From Eledone cirrhosa (Eukaryota), in contig OZ024741.1 of NCBI GenBank assembly GCA_964016885.1, positions 358,980,001-359,044,000 on the forward strand: a DNA stretch of 64,000 bases, in the 5' to 3' direction. Position 1 is the first letter of the stretch. Every line of letters starts with the position of its first letter. The translations under genes and the position numbers were made by a program. Under the pieces are notes generated by a model, which was not told the DNA's origin, ran no database searches, and saw nothing but the letters and a program-made list of their open reading frames with translations. Positions 12,901 through 26,990 of this stretch are shown here, piece after piece.

Positions 12901-13803
12901 TGGTTTCTGATTTATGCACAAGGTCAGCAATTTTGGGGGAGGGGAAGTCGATTAAATCGACCCCCGTGCATGACCAGTATTTTATTTTATCGACCCCATA
13001 AGGATTTGAACTCTATGTAACTCTATGCTACAAAGCATGTTGTCTGATGCTCTACCGATACTGCCAATCCACAATAATAACAATGATAATAATAGTTTCT
13101 TTTTTGGACCATAAGGATACAAGACATTGGGAATAATACAAAAACGAAAATAACACAATGTGGGATTTATATCGAGTAAAAAGGACAACACCAAAGGGAA
13201 AATGGTAGGTATAAAAATCTAAACTATAATAAAGTAAGGAGTGCACGACTGCGTACAGTTTATTATTTTTTATCCCATTAGTAAAATAAGTTGGATTACT
13301 TTGAATAAATAATGAATGAATATTACATAATTTATCTATTAAATTTCGTGGCTGTTGATTAAATATATTTTATTTATTTAAAGATTCACTTCTTTAAAAT
13401 TTCTGAAATGTCATCACTTCCGGTTGGCCATCGCTTAAATAAACATACTAATTTTCTCCTAATGCAGTTTATATATAATATCGTCTTTTTTAATGTATCA
13501 TGGATTACATTACTGATTAAATAAGACAGTGTAACGCAGTCTTCATTCAATTTCTATGTATTATATATTGTCAATTACGATTTTATTTGATGTATCATAT
13601 ATACTTGCGTATAATATCAATATACAATCTACACATGCTAGCAGAAAACCACCAATGATAACAATACAAAAATAAAAAGGAAAAGTTTTCTAATAGGAGG
13701 AGACAACCTTTTAGAATAATTCCAGGGACATCCCCCACTTTCCCTACATAAAAAACCCAATATAAACCAAAATATTAGGAAAGAAATAGACTCTCAGACC
13801 AAC

Positions 13804-13847
13804 CTGTTCACTTTTTCTAAAGTATCGGCTAGTATACCAAGGGTATT
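13804..13847 (-). CDS. GRAMD4: GRAMD4 exon (NTLGILADTLEKVN)
   Basis: cattccag acceptor, AG|gttggt donor, phase 0 to 2. Confidence 0.88.
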
Positions 13848-14672
13848 CTGGAATGAAAAGGGTTAAAAACAGAGTTACTGGGGCTAATTTACAATTAGGT
13901 AAGTTATAGCTAATATATTTAGACCTTTCATTACCATATTTTTAACAAAAGACACTACTAATTTTGAAAATAATCAGGATTTTCAAGTGATTTAGTAATA
14001 TAACTAACTTTCTTATTATTAAGCTGGTGTTTGGAACACAATAACAGTTCTTAGATAGAATTTTAATGGAAGGTTTTTAGATAAATATAAATACTTTAAC
14101 CATGCTAACGTGGAAAATAGACGTTAAATGATGATGATGATGATTACCATATTTCTAATATCTATGATATTTTAATCTCTTTGTAAATAATCAAGAATTT
14201 GAAGAGAATTAGTAAAATAGTTCTTTCATTATTATGCTGGTGTTTGCGACATAACTGAAGAAAGGTTTTTACAGAAAATTATGGTGGACAGATTCTAGAT
14301 AAATATAAGCTTTTTAAAAGATACTGTTTTGTATTGTTAAAACCAGGTGCAGATTCAAATGTTTTTGGGTAAATATATGTAGAATTTAAAAAAAAAGTAA
14401 AGAAAACTATCTAGAAATGTAAATAAACCATTCTTGTTGGAGGCTTATTTAAATAAATGAAATGCATCTGCCACTCTTACTCCAATACTGAGACAGCTGT
14501 GATGTGATTACAGCTTACATACTCACAGCAGAACTATATGTATATCTATTTAATTGCGATCAAGTTAGGAATATGTTCATGAATAAGTAGGATAGGAATG
14601 TATCCATGTAAGAATGTGACTATGTAGCCATGGAACATTTATCAGAGGAAAATAGTAAAATATCGTCAATAC

Positions 14673-14744
14673 CTGTACTTTTTTAGCCACCTGAAGAACA
14701 ACACTGAATTTATCTGAAACTCCTTTGTCTTTATCATCAGATTC
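14673..14744 (-). CDS. GRAMD4: GRAMD4 exon (ESDDKDKGVSDKFSVVLQVAKKVQ)
   Basis: ctttacag acceptor, CAG|gtattg donor, phase 0 to 0. Confidence 0.9.
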
Positions 14745-15561
14745 CTGTAAAGAACAAACAAAAAATATGGATATAGTTAACAGAGACAACAACATCACTA
14801 TGTTATTGATGTCTGTTTTTTGAAAGCATATCGTGATTATATGTAAACTTACATTACGGTTATATCATATACATTTCTCACAGACATCTGCCCTTTTACA
14901 CTACTTAAAATACTAGGAGAGAAGGTAGAAAAGAAGAAACAAAAAGAGAGAATCAGAGAGAAGCAAAGAGAAATAGAGAGACAGAGAAAGAGAAAAACAG
15001 ACAAAAACAAAGAGATGAAAATTAAAAAATACACCGAGAGAGATAATTGTTTCTACATTTGGCACAAAGCCAGCAATTACCTAGTACATTACTACTACTT
15101 TATTTTATCGACCCCGTAAGGATGAAAGGTAAAGTTAACCTTGGCGGGATTTGAACTCAGATCGTAAAGGGACGTAACTACGCTGTAACTACCAAGAGAG
15201 AGAGATAATTGTTTCCACTTTTGGCACAAGGCCAACAACTACCCAGTGTATTACTGGTACTTAATTTTATCGACCCCGTAAGGATGAAAGACAAAGTTAA
15301 CCTTGGCGGGATTTGAACTCAGAATGGAAAGGGCCGTAGAGAGATAATGATAGAGAAAAAGAAATGAGAGTTAAAGAGAACCAGCAAGTGAGGGGGGGAA
15401 GTGGATAGATACATAAATATATAGATAAATAAATTCATGGATAAATAGATAGAAAAATTAGTAGACATAAAGAGATAAAAAAATAGTTAGTGAGTGAGTA
15501 GGGTTATTTGAAGGTATAAGAGGAACAAAAGTTAATTTATAGTTGGGTAATGAATACTTAC

Positions 15562-15610
15562 ATTGACAATTTCCCCTGGATCTAAGTAATGTAGATTGAT
15601 ATTCCAGCCC
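15562..15610 (-). CDS. GRAMD4: GRAMD4 exon (GWNINLHYLDPGEIVN)
   Basis: attccag acceptor, gtaagt donor, phase 2 to 0. Confidence 0.88.
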
Positions 15611-16489
15611 CTGGAATAATGAAATATATAAATAAATACTGTACTTCCCGGCGTTGAAGACACTACTTTTTTCCTAAAATAAGTCTCAAAAATCTACCAT
15701 GCATCCTGGAGGCTGAACGTTGTTTATTATTTTTTTTAAACAATTATTTTTATTTTTAGTTGTCAAAGTTAGGATGCGTCCTCGAGAAATATGGTAAATA
15801 CATAAAATATAGCTGATCAATTTAAAAAAACGGTGCAGAAAAAGGAAGAAAGGAAACATGATTTAAGGCTTGTCTTCAGATAAGAGACCTGGTCCAAATG
15901 TTTGTAACAGTGATTTGCTAAAGGCACTCAGATGTCAGGTTGTGGTGTAAGTTTACCACTGAACAACATATACAATAGATGCAACAGTCTTACACACAGT
16001 TTCTCTTTACCTAATTTGAATTACAAGGTTTGAGTTGACCCACTTCTATGGTAGAATATATTTGACCAAAGTGCTACTCAGTGGGATTGAACACAGAACC
16101 ATGTGATTGCAAAACAAACTTCTTAAGCATACTGTCATGTTTGCACCTGTTTGAGATATGCAATGTTATAATGAAAGCTATACAGTGTGTATTCCAGTTA
16201 TATCAGGAGTATCCGGGTTTTTTTAAATTCACCATATTCCTGCATGTTGTAAAGGATTGTAAAGTTCACCATATTCCTGCATGTTGTAATGGATTGGCAC
16301 CGGGAAGAGCATCTGACTTTAAATCACTGCCTCAAAAAGTCCTGTCCAACCCATATCAGTATGGAAGAGTGGACATAAAAATGACCTTGATGATGATGAT
16401 AAAAGAGATTTTACTTAACTCTGAACATCCAGCAATGATTTAGCAGAAAAAAACTAAAAATGTGCTTATTAATTCATATATTTATTTTA

Positions 16490-16800
16490 TCTTTACTAGT
16501 GGACAGATCATTGCCAAAATTTGCAGTCATCTAGAGCTTTTAATTTCTCACGTGATACAGTCATAGAGTTGTTTTATACTAGTCAAGAATGTTTTGCTAA
16601 TGTGAATCCATGCAGTACAAGAAATTACGAGTTAAAATGATGCAGTCAGAGTGGTGCTTTTTACTTTTCAAGAATACTTTGCTAATGTAATTTCATGTGA
16701 TACAGGACATTAAGAGTTAATGTGATGCAATCATAATGCAGTTTCATACTTTTCAAGAATGCCTTGATAATGTGGTTTCATGAGGTACAAAACATTAAAT
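16490..16800 (+). repeat. Unclassified dispersed AT-rich repeat (also near 32070, 58311 and inverted near 51840-52070)
   Basis: Shared ctttactagtggacagat...aaatttgcagt...gcagtcatagtg. Confidence 0.55.
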
Positions 16801-16838
16801 GACATGAGGATGATAGACTGGATAACTAATGGACTTAC

Positions 16839-16930
16839 TTGTATCGCATATAACTGATGGAAAGTCGGAAGAAAACGAGGAAGAGTGTTAGAGGAAGTAG
16901 CAAACCATACCAAGCTGAGTACATGTAGAC
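16839..16930 (-). CDS. GRAMD4: GRAMD4 exon (VYMYSAWYGLLLPLTLFLVFFRLSISYMRY), hydrophobic/TM
   Basis: tttgcag acceptor, AA|gtaagt donor, phase 0 to 2. Confidence 0.9.
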
Positions 16931-18329
16931 CTGCAAATACAGAATTTAAAAGACTTCTGAAAAGCATTGTTCTACCCTAAATTAAATTCATTTCAGTTCA
17001 GTTAAAGACAAGATTGGTATCATTAAGTGTGCTTTGGTGCAGGAATGCCTATGTGGTCAAGGAGTTCACTTTGCAACCACATGGTTTAGGGTTTAGTTCT
17101 TCTGTGTGGCACCTTGGTCTTCTACAATGACCCAATACCTTGTGATTGAAATTTGGGAGATAAAAACTGCAGAAGATATTTGTACAAGATATTAGTGTAA
17201 GTTATAGCATGACCACGTGGTTAAGATGCTGGTCTAATAAACAGAATGACATTTATTCCTGAAGTGCACAGCATGAAGTGCAAAAAGCTTCATTTCATGT
17301 TTTTCATGATAGGACTGGGGTCTCCATCATTAAAACATCAGAGAAACTTCCTATGCGATACAATCTCATAGGAGACAAGCTTAACCTGCATAGATGTAAA
17401 CTATAAATTTCATTTTGCATTTCATTTTTTTTTCTCCATAGATTTAAGATGTCAATGTAATGACATATATAAGATATTGGGTTATGATATTGGTGTAAGT
17501 CATAGATTTAAGACATTTGTGTAATGACTTATTTGTAAGAGATTTGGTTAATCCCTTTGATACCAATCTGGCTAAAACTGGCTCTGGTTCTATGAAACAA
17601 AATTGCCCATTTTAAAGGGTTTCTATTTAAATCAAAATCTTTTAACATAATTTTGTATAAGAACCATATGTTAAGTTACTATTTTAGTAATGAAATAATA
17701 ATTTTAGTAAATTTCTAAAAATAATTCTTCATGAATTAATTGAAATACAATGTTTTCATTCGAAATCTGGTTGTAAAACAATTACAACATTTAGAGGAAG
17801 AGACCTTATAAGTGTTAAAGGGAGCTACATATCAGACACTGTTGTACATAAAGTCTTGGACAGAGGCTAATACTGCAAACCACATCAATGTAGGCTAACA
17901 AGGACAACATTTACAAAATAAATAGATGAAAAAAAACAACAATGATGATAGTGGTGGGGTGGTATTGGAGGTGGTGTTGGTGGTGATGGTTGTGGTAGTG
18001 GTGGTGAGGGTGAGTCTGATGATGATCATAGTAATGATGGTAGTGGTGATGGTTGTAGTGTTGATGATAGTAGTTAGAAATTACAATTGAAAATGTTAGA
18101 ATATCATAAGAGAAAGAGGAGGAAGTAGTGAATCATGAGATTGACCAAGGAAACAATGTTTCTATTAGTTTTTCCATGACTGATATCTGTCTGTTGGCTG
18201 TCTGGAAGAAAGAGGCAAGATTAGCAGTCAGAATACACACAGCTGGATCAGATACTGCAAAGCACTCCATCTGAGTCATTAACAACTCCAATAATCCACA
18301 ACCCCTGACGTGGTATTATAGTTATTAAC

Positions 18330-20020
18330 CCCTTCCCATCCTGTTCCTCCTTTTTCTTCTTATCCTGTCAGGAGCAACCATCTCAAATTGATCTGATTGG
18401 ATCCCCAAGCAAGACCAGCCAAGCTCATGGTTGTTATCCAACGATCTTGCCATGGGTCTACTCCTGAGTCTCCAGCCAGTTGGTTTTACCTGTAAAATCT
18501 ATCCAGTGATTCTTTCCCAAGACATTGTAACCACATGGCTGTAGTATTGGAGATGTGATTTCTCAATTCAGAGAAGTTGTGGCTCTACCTGGAGTAACTC
18601 TCTGATATTCAAGCTACACACACTATTGGAAGAACCCCATTTTGGCCACTTGTATTCGCAATTGAATTCTTTCAGTCATTACTCGAGATTCAAGGTAAGG
18701 GTTGGCACAAATACCAAATTGAAGATAGTGAGTTTGACTTTTACACCTACCTCCTTTCTTCTAATTACAGAATGTTGAAGCTGCACCAGCTCCTGCAATT
18801 CTTGCACTTAATTCAGTCTCCTGCCTTCCATCATTCGTGAACACAGCTCAAAGATACTTAACTTTTTTTCATGCTTCAGTGGAACCCCATTCATATATAA
18901 AATGCACTGCGCAGGCTTCCTTGAGAGGACGAGTGTTCAGTTTTCACAACACTGATTTTCATTCCAGTCATGCAGCACTTGGCATCAAATCTATCAAGTG
19001 CAAGCTGGAGATCCCTTTCTGCCGAGACATAACACCATGTCATCTGCAAATTCTAGTCGACAGATTTTACACCCGCCAGTCGTGATACTACTTCCAACCT
19101 GGCTGTGCATGTCAAACCTGTTTACGAAAATAATGGATAGGAGAGGTGACAGTATGCACTCTTGGTGGAGTCAGACTCCCACATTGAATGGTTTTGATTT
19201 AGCACCATTTATTTGAAAACAAATACCCAGGCATTCATATAGAGATATCAGGGCAGCAAGAAGCTGACCATCGATCCCATACTCTTGCAGAAACTTCCAC
19301 AGCAGGCCCTGAGGAATTCAGTCATATGGCTTTTCGAGGTCTACAAAACAAGAATATACTTCTTGGCAATACTCCCACGATTTCTTGAAGACCTGCTGCA
19401 GTGGGAATATTTGGTCAGCTGTGCTGTGCCCGGGGCAAAAACAGCACTGTTCATCAGTTAGCTTGGACTTGACAATCTCCCTGCATCACTTAACATAGAC
19501 TTTATCGGAGAAGCTTAACAAGGAGATCCCTCTGTAATTGGAACAATCTCCCTTTTTGAAAATTGGGATTATCACTCCCAGTTGCCATTGTTTAGATGTC
19601 TTTCTAGAGATCCAGGCCACCCGGCACACATGAGTCAGCCAGAGAATACCTTCTCTATTTAAGGCTTTAACATCTCAGGCTGGATTTCATCTTCCCCAGT
19701 AGCCTTACCACATTTGAGCTCTTTAACTGCTCTTGTGACTTCAGTTTGCAAGGGATTAGTTATCACTCTCAGATGTACTTCATTTACATCAGCAAAATAT
19801 TCTCTCCACCTTGCAAGGATGTGCCTCTCTGAAGAGAGAAACCCAGACACATTCCTGATAGCAGATGTGAAGGAGGACTTCTTATTACAAAGTCAATGGA
19901 TGGTCTGCTAGAGTACTTTATTTGCTGATCTGAAGTTGGATTCTAGCTTAACCCCAAAGACTTCCCATGTCTTAACTTTGAATGCCTTTAGTGTCTCTAT
20001 TGCAATTCTTCATGCCTGCT
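18330..20020 (-). mobile_element. Decayed RTE LINE of a different family (related short piece at about 640-790)
   Basis: Minus-strand fragments KATGEDEIQPEMLK, VIIPIFKKG, NYRGISLLS, FVDLEK, FADD, LESSRW. Confidence 0.8.
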
Positions 20021-20216
20021 TGTACCCCGAAAATATAAAAATCAATATTGATCTTGGTGGGATATGCACTTGGAGCGCAGTAGGCCAGAATTAATACTAA
20101 AGCATTTAATCCAACATCTTGATGATTCTGTCATTTCACTGTCATATTGGAATAAAACATTAACAAAAGACATAAAACAAAACAAAAAAGAAAATAACTG
20201 ATTGTAAATTACTCAC

Positions 20217-20308
20217 AGTGAAAACAAAAAGTGTATATGAAGGTGATCTCCATGAAATGAGGTTTTTCAGACCACGTATTGTGTTCATTATTGGTTGTGT
20301 AACTGCAC
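20217..20308 (-). CDS. GRAMD4: GRAMD4 exon (AVTQPIMNTIRGLKNLISWRSPSYTLFVFT)
   Basis: cctctag acceptor, gtgagt donor, phase 1 to 0. Confidence 0.9.
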
Positions 20309-23202
20309 CTAGAGGAAGACAAAATATCGTCATTAGCTCCAGCTAAATATGTACAATAAACTTAACACTTTAAAGTTTAACCTCTTTGTTACCATATTTC
20401 TAAAAAAAACTCACTCCCTATGATTTTCAAATCATTAACAATATAATTAATAATTTGGAGGGATTTAGTAAGAAAACTTTCTCAATGATTAATCTAGTGT
20501 TTTTAGATAAATATAAACACTTTAAAACAGAGTTTTGTATTGTAGAATCTGGGGTGGTTTTATGTGGTTTTGGTATCTAAAGGATTAAAAGGGTTTGTTC
20601 CAGAGGTTCATCACGTCACAGCTTATCTCAGTTTCATTAGAGTTGAACAAGTGACAACAGAAGACTGCCTCTAGATGGATACCAGTCTATTGCAGGGTTA
20701 ATTTCTAGCTGTTGTTGCAAGTACAACTCATTTGTCTCATGCTGAGTGAACTGGAACAATATGAAATAACATGTCTTGCTCAAAGACAGAATGCACCATC
20801 CAAACCAGGAATCAAACTCACAACTTCATAATAAGTCCAATACCCAAACCACAATAACAATAATTCTTAACATCTTGTTATTCACTTTTTATTGAGATAA
20901 AAATGAAAGAAGTTGTTGATGAAGAATTTACGAAGAAGCTTGTTAGTTCTATTCCATAAAATCTCAGATATTCCAGGGTTCTCCTTGGGTAAATTACAAT
21001 TTATCAGAAAATATATGGTGAGGCTAGAAATGCATGTATAATTTCAATCTCTGACGTTTTTATAAATGTATATAAATTTCTTTCTTTTTCAAAGAAATAA
21101 TTGTTTTGTTGCTATATATTTGGTAAAGCATTTTAACATCTAAAGAATTTTTTTGATTGTTGCTTAAGATAACATTCTAAGTTGATGCACAGCTGAAGAT
21201 ATTTCCATTCCCCCAAAATTATTTAGATTTTCTTTAGGAGTCTTATTCTTGTTGTGTTGCATACAATGGATATGACAGAACTAGCCTTCAGTGCCATATC
21301 AATATTTTTGGTAGCCCTCCCATCTTCATAAAATGGCATAAAGTCATTACTAGAACTACAATTAAGATATCAGTCTTCAAATTGGTCTAAATTAATTATG
21401 GAATATATTATATGGATAGAAACTGTAGTGTGAAATAAAGGTGATGGAATCAAGATTTAGAAAGAAACATTTGACCTCAAAATAAAATAATGCTATATGT
21501 GGAAAGTTTGAAAATTTAATAAAAGGATTATAAATAATGCCATGCATGGCCTAGTGGTTAGGGTGTTAAACTCATGATCATAAGGTTTTGGGTTCGATTC
21601 CATGACCAGACAGTGCATTGTGTTGTTGAGCAAAGTATTTCATATCACATTGCTTTTCATGATAGGACTGAGGCACCATATCATTAAAGCACTCAAGACA
21701 TATTCTATGAGATACAACATTGTAGGAGTCCAGCTAAACTTACATAAATGTGAGCTGTAACATTTACATCATAGGTTGAGACACCATTCAGCATTTACAT
21801 TGCTTTATATATACTATTGTATTTTCACAGTAAAGTCTTTACCTCACATAATATCGGATCTATGTGATTTTGATATTATTTATTTTGAGAACAATACCTT
21901 AAAGCTAGTATAGCGGCTGGTTACGGCCAGTTTGAACAGAAAGTTAGAGAATTTTGGCCAGATACGGACAGTTTAAATGTTAAAGGGTTAAAGTACTCAA
22001 GACACATTCTAAGAGAAACAACTTTAAAGGAGTCTAACTAAACTTACATAAGTGTGAGTTGTAACATCCACAACATGATAGGTCTTGAGCCCTTATCATT
22101 AAAACACCTGAGAAACCGATCAGATATGACCTCATAGGAATCCCGCTAAACATTTATAGGTGTGAACTGTAAGTTTCATTTCATTTCATTTAAATAATCT
22201 ATAAACTCCATTCTCATGGTGAACAACTGGGTGGCATTTATCCAGAATATCTTTGGAAATTAGAAACATATTTCTATTCAACAAATATAGGCATGAACCT
22301 GGAATGATGCCATATAAATATTTAATAAACTATTAATATGATTTAGGAGATATTTTTCCATGTAGCAATGCTGAAAAATCCATCAGGAAAATTCATTACT
22401 CATTTTTTTTTGTTTTATTAGGCATTTAATTTGCTTTTAAAACCTCTACGTTTAATGTTAGTTTTGTTGTTGAAATTGCAGTAGCAGTGATGGTGGTGGT
22501 GATGGACTATTTATCTTCCAATATAATTTTATACAAGAAACATATGTTATGTTATGTTTTTAGAAATGAAATAATTAAAAATATTAGTAAATCCCACAAA
22601 ATTCTACATTACCCTTTTAATACGAACTTGGCCATAACTGGCTCTGATTCTATGAAACAAAAGCATCCTTCCAGCATAATTTTTTACAAAAACCATATGA
22701 TAGGTTACTATCTTGGTAATAAAATAATTTAAATAAATCCCTCAAAATTCTTTTGTAATTAAATAATTCAAATGTTTATATGGACCTGTAACTTTTGATG
22801 GAGTCATAGGGATGCCATACAATGTGTCTTGGGCACTTTGAACATGGCAGCGCCCATCTCTTCTCCAGGTCTGAAGACAGCCAATTTGTTCCAGAGAAGA
22901 GAGATAATGTGAGAGAAGATGTGAGAAAGAGATATAGAGAAAGAATTGACTCCATTACTGGATTGGTACTTCATTTATCAACCTTGAAAGGATGAAAAAC
23001 AAAAATTAACCTTGATGAGATTAGACTACAGAGAGCTGAAAAGAATACTGCAAGGCATTCTATTCAATGTTCTAACAACTCTGTCAATTCTCAATCTAAT
23101 TAATTCAAATACAGTATATTCAATTAGAAATATGGTAATGAAATTATTAATAGGATAGTATAAAGAAAGATATCCAATGAAAAATGTGTATAATATACTT
23201 AC

Positions 23203-23228
23203 CAAACCGAGTGATATTGTTCTTTAGC
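23203..23228 (-). CDS. GRAMD4: GRAMD4 26-nt microexon (LKNNITRF)
   Basis: ctctacttcag acceptor, G|gtaagt donor; needed to convert phase 2 to 1; aligns to vertebrate LTENMRRL. Confidence 0.85.
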
Positions 23229-23789
23229 CTGAAGTAGAGAAAGAGAGTGAACAGAACAGATATAGATTAAACATTTAATACATTTAAGTCTAGACACTAT
23301 ATCTCAGCAACCACTGCCACCCCTATGCCTCACTAACTGTGGGTAACCCCGCATCAAAAACAACCTGTTTCACTCTTATGTGCTATGTCATATGACATAC
23401 CTTATGCTCTATAATTCCATGGCCTACACCACCCTTATATTCTTCTAATCCTTATATTTTAGTTTACTTCATATATTATTGTCATAATTTTTCAATTATA
23501 TTTTTTAAATCTTAATTTTTTTAAATGTCTTCTTTTAATTTTTAATTACTTTTCTTCCATTTCATCATTCTGTTATTTTGACATTTTTGTTATCTTTCCA
23601 ACTTTTCATTTTTCCATTTTTCATTTCCCTTTCTCCATTTTTCAGCCTTTTCATTTTTCCTTACTTCCTTTATTCCTCATACCTTATATGTGCCTAACAC
23701 CCACACCAGCCCCACCTACACTGCTATCATCATCATGTATAATTTCATAATATTTATATTTCCATAATCTTCATTGTAGTTAATTCTTT

Positions 23790-24180
23790 TAATAATAATA
23801 ATAATGAAATGATTGTGTACAGTGCTCAGGTGCACTACAACTCATCAAAGGTGCATGTATAGTACATAGAATAATGTACAAATGTCAGGAAAGTGAACAG
23901 TGTACGAGTCATGATATACATGTGTACGTCTGCATGGAGGGGGAATATCAGGTGTAGTGTTGGCGAATCTCAGGAAGCATGGAGGTTTTAAAGGATGCAG
24001 TGTCTCGACAACTAACAACTGATGCAGGTAGTTTGTTCCATGGAGGTTTTAAAGGATGCAGTATCTTGGCAGCTAACAACTGATGTAGGTAGTTTGTTCC
24101 ATGCTTCAGCAACTCTGAGTGGGAAAAAATGTTTCTGAAAGTCATGGGAGCTGTTCTGTTTTCTGACTTTATATCTCCAT
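23790..24180 (-). mobile_element. CR1/L2-like LINE 3' end (second copy at about 1870-2165)
   Basis: WNKLPASVVSCRDTASFK motif, shared 3'UTR and (TTA)n tail; internal tandem duplication of about 60 bp. Confidence 0.7.
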
Positions 24181-24796
24181 AAGCTATATTAGTAAAATCC
24201 TACAAAATTTTTCATTAACCTTTTCATACGAACTTGGCCAAAACTGGCTCTGGTTCTATGAAACAAAAACACACTCTTTAAAGGGTTCTTCTTTAATTAA
24301 AAATCTTCCAACATAATGTTTTGCAAGAATCATACATTAGGTTCTTATCTTAGTGATATAATAATGAATAATTTTAGTATATTTCACATATTTACTTAAC
24401 ATCAATACCACCCTGCCAACACTCACACATCATAGCTTCTATTATTTGATATTCCCATAATCTTCTTCGTACTTAATTCTTCAATTTTTAAACTACATTG
24501 CTTTATATTCTTTACTAATTCCACTACACCAAGACCGCACCGCCATCCCCCACCATTATCCTCCCCACCACGGTACCCATACACCAACTCACCTATCGTA
24601 TATATGTATGTATGCATTAGCACTTGTATATTCATATCTGTATGTATATATGCATGTCTCTGTGTAGGCATGTATCTATTTATATGCTTGTGCATATTTT
24701 ATGTGTATATGGCCATTCATATGTATGTGTATGTATACACATATGTATATACATACATATACAAATATACATATGAACATTCATGTGTATATATAT

Positions 24797-25740
24797 ATCA
24801 TCATCATCATCATCATCTTCGTTTAACGTCTATCTTCGACGCTAGCATGGGTTAGACTGGAGTTGTCCGACTTGAGGTAAGGTTGGTTGGGTGACCGTGT
24901 CTCGCTCATAGGGGACTATCTGGCAGGTTTTCTACGGCTGGATGGCCTTTCTAACACCAACCACATTTACAGTCTGGAACTGGGAACTTTTTACCATGTT
25001 ACCTACACAGCCACATTATCTCATTTATTTGGACTGGATGTTGTGGTACCAACTTTACAGAGAGAGGGTGGTGTTGGTGGGAGTGGGAGGATAGGGTAGG
25101 GATAGTGGATTGGGGTGTATATTTGGTTAAGAGGTGCCTACTGACTGTATTACTGCATAGCGCCAAAGATCTCGGTCCAGTGACATTGTCTTAGAGAGGT
25201 GCAAGTGTGTAAGGTTGGAATTTATCAAGCTCTCTGAATTGATCAAGCTCTCTGAATTTATCAAGCTCTCTGAACTTTTTCCATCCCGTTCTGACTCTGG
25301 CTACTGTACTTTCAGAGCACCCTCCACCACTGCTGATTTTATCACCCAGGTAACGGAAAGTGTCCATTATTTCTATAGAACCATCTGGGCAATAGAAGGA
25401 GCACTTGCTTCTTATTGCACCTGAGCATCGGCCACATATAAAATCTACGTTCTTAGATAGTTTACCTGTGATCCCACTACATCTTTTATGTACCCATAGT
25501 TTGCATTTGGGACATAAAATGGAATTTCTGCCTACTCCTTTCCTACACACTGAGCATGGCCATTTCCTTGAGGGCACCTGTGCCCTATTTTCCTTTCTAC
25601 AAACTAGAACCTTAGTCTTAGACAAGTTAACTTTAAGGCCTTTTGATTCTAGGACATTCTTCCATGTTTGGAATTTCTTTAGTTCAGCCATAGATTCAGC
25701 TATGAGAGTTAGATCATCTGTGTATAGGAGTTCCCATGGG
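24797..25740 (-). mobile_element. Truncated RTE LINE of a related subfamily (RT + PHD fragment, rearranged 3' part)
   Basis: PWELLYTDD...KWPCSVCRKGVGRNSILCPKCKLWVHKRC...FRYLGD; (CAT)n tail at about 24800. Confidence 0.85.
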
Positions 25741-26499
25741 CATATATATACATACACAAACATGTATATATATATATAAGTCCCACATTCAATCGGGGGT
25801 AACCACAGTAAGGTACTCAATACATTAGTAGAGTGTAAACATCAAATTTAATATATAAATGGCTTCTACAGGACTATAACTGTTTCATTCCAATGATTTT
25901 TTTCGAATGAAAAAGTTCTAGTCCTCTAGAAGCCTTTTCTCTCTCCTTCTCTCTCTCTCTCTCTCTCTCTCTGTCTATATATATATATAGAGAGAGATAT
26001 TTATACATATATATAAATGTAATCTCAGTTTTTCGAGTAATAATAATAACATTTGATTCGTTTGCAATTATGCAAACACCCTTTTTAAAGCCATGTCAGT
26101 AGAATGACCTCGTCATTCTTGCTCTTGTGTTGGCATGTAAACAGAACTTCAAACACTAATGTTTCTGGGTGATTACCCTTCATCAGTACAGTGTACTGCT
26201 TACCTGCCAACTGTCAGAGCTAGTGAAAATATATATGATATTTTCTAAAATATACAGTGACTGATCAGCCTGATTTGCATATTAGCAGACTCCCTGATCA
26301 GTCAGATCTGGATATTAGCAGATGTTACACGATGATGATATATATATATATCCTCATCATCATCATGTTTATATATTGTTGAAAAACTATCAACCTGTAA
26401 ACTGTATTTTTCTCACAGGAATAATGACATTAAAGAGACAGATGTGTGCAAAGTGAAGCTGCATACAAGCATGCGCTGCATTATAATTTTGTCTGATAC

Positions 26500-26990
26500 T
26501 GTCTACAAGTATCCTGAGTTCCCAAATACCATGATAACTGGAGATGAGATGTAGGTGTATGAGTAAAACCCAGAAACCAAAGCTCAATTATCACAGTTGA
26601 AGCATTCAACATTACCAAGCCCAATAAATTCCATGAAGTGCAGGGCAAAATGAAGGTGATGCTGACTGTTTTTTATGACTATCAAGGTGTATCACAAATA
26701 TGTTACAGAATGACAAACAGTTACAAAGGAGTAGTATCAGGGAATTCTACAATGTTTTCATAATGCAAGCCAGCATAAAAGACCAGATTTGTGAGCCTCA
26801 CAAAACTGGCAGCTGCATCATGACAACACTCTAGATCATTTATTACAGCTGGTCAAAGGTTTCTTGGCAAAGAAAAGCATTTCAACCATTTCCCTGGCTC
26901 CCTATTCTCCAAACATGGCGTGTTTTGGTTTCTTTGAGAGCTGAAAGGGAATCATGCAGACTGCTATGGCAGAACCAAGCACAATTCCAC
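26500..26990 (+). mobile_element. Decayed mariner transposase fragment
   Basis: KVMLTVFYDYQG, KRPDL, WQLHHDN, PYSP motifs. Confidence 0.75.
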
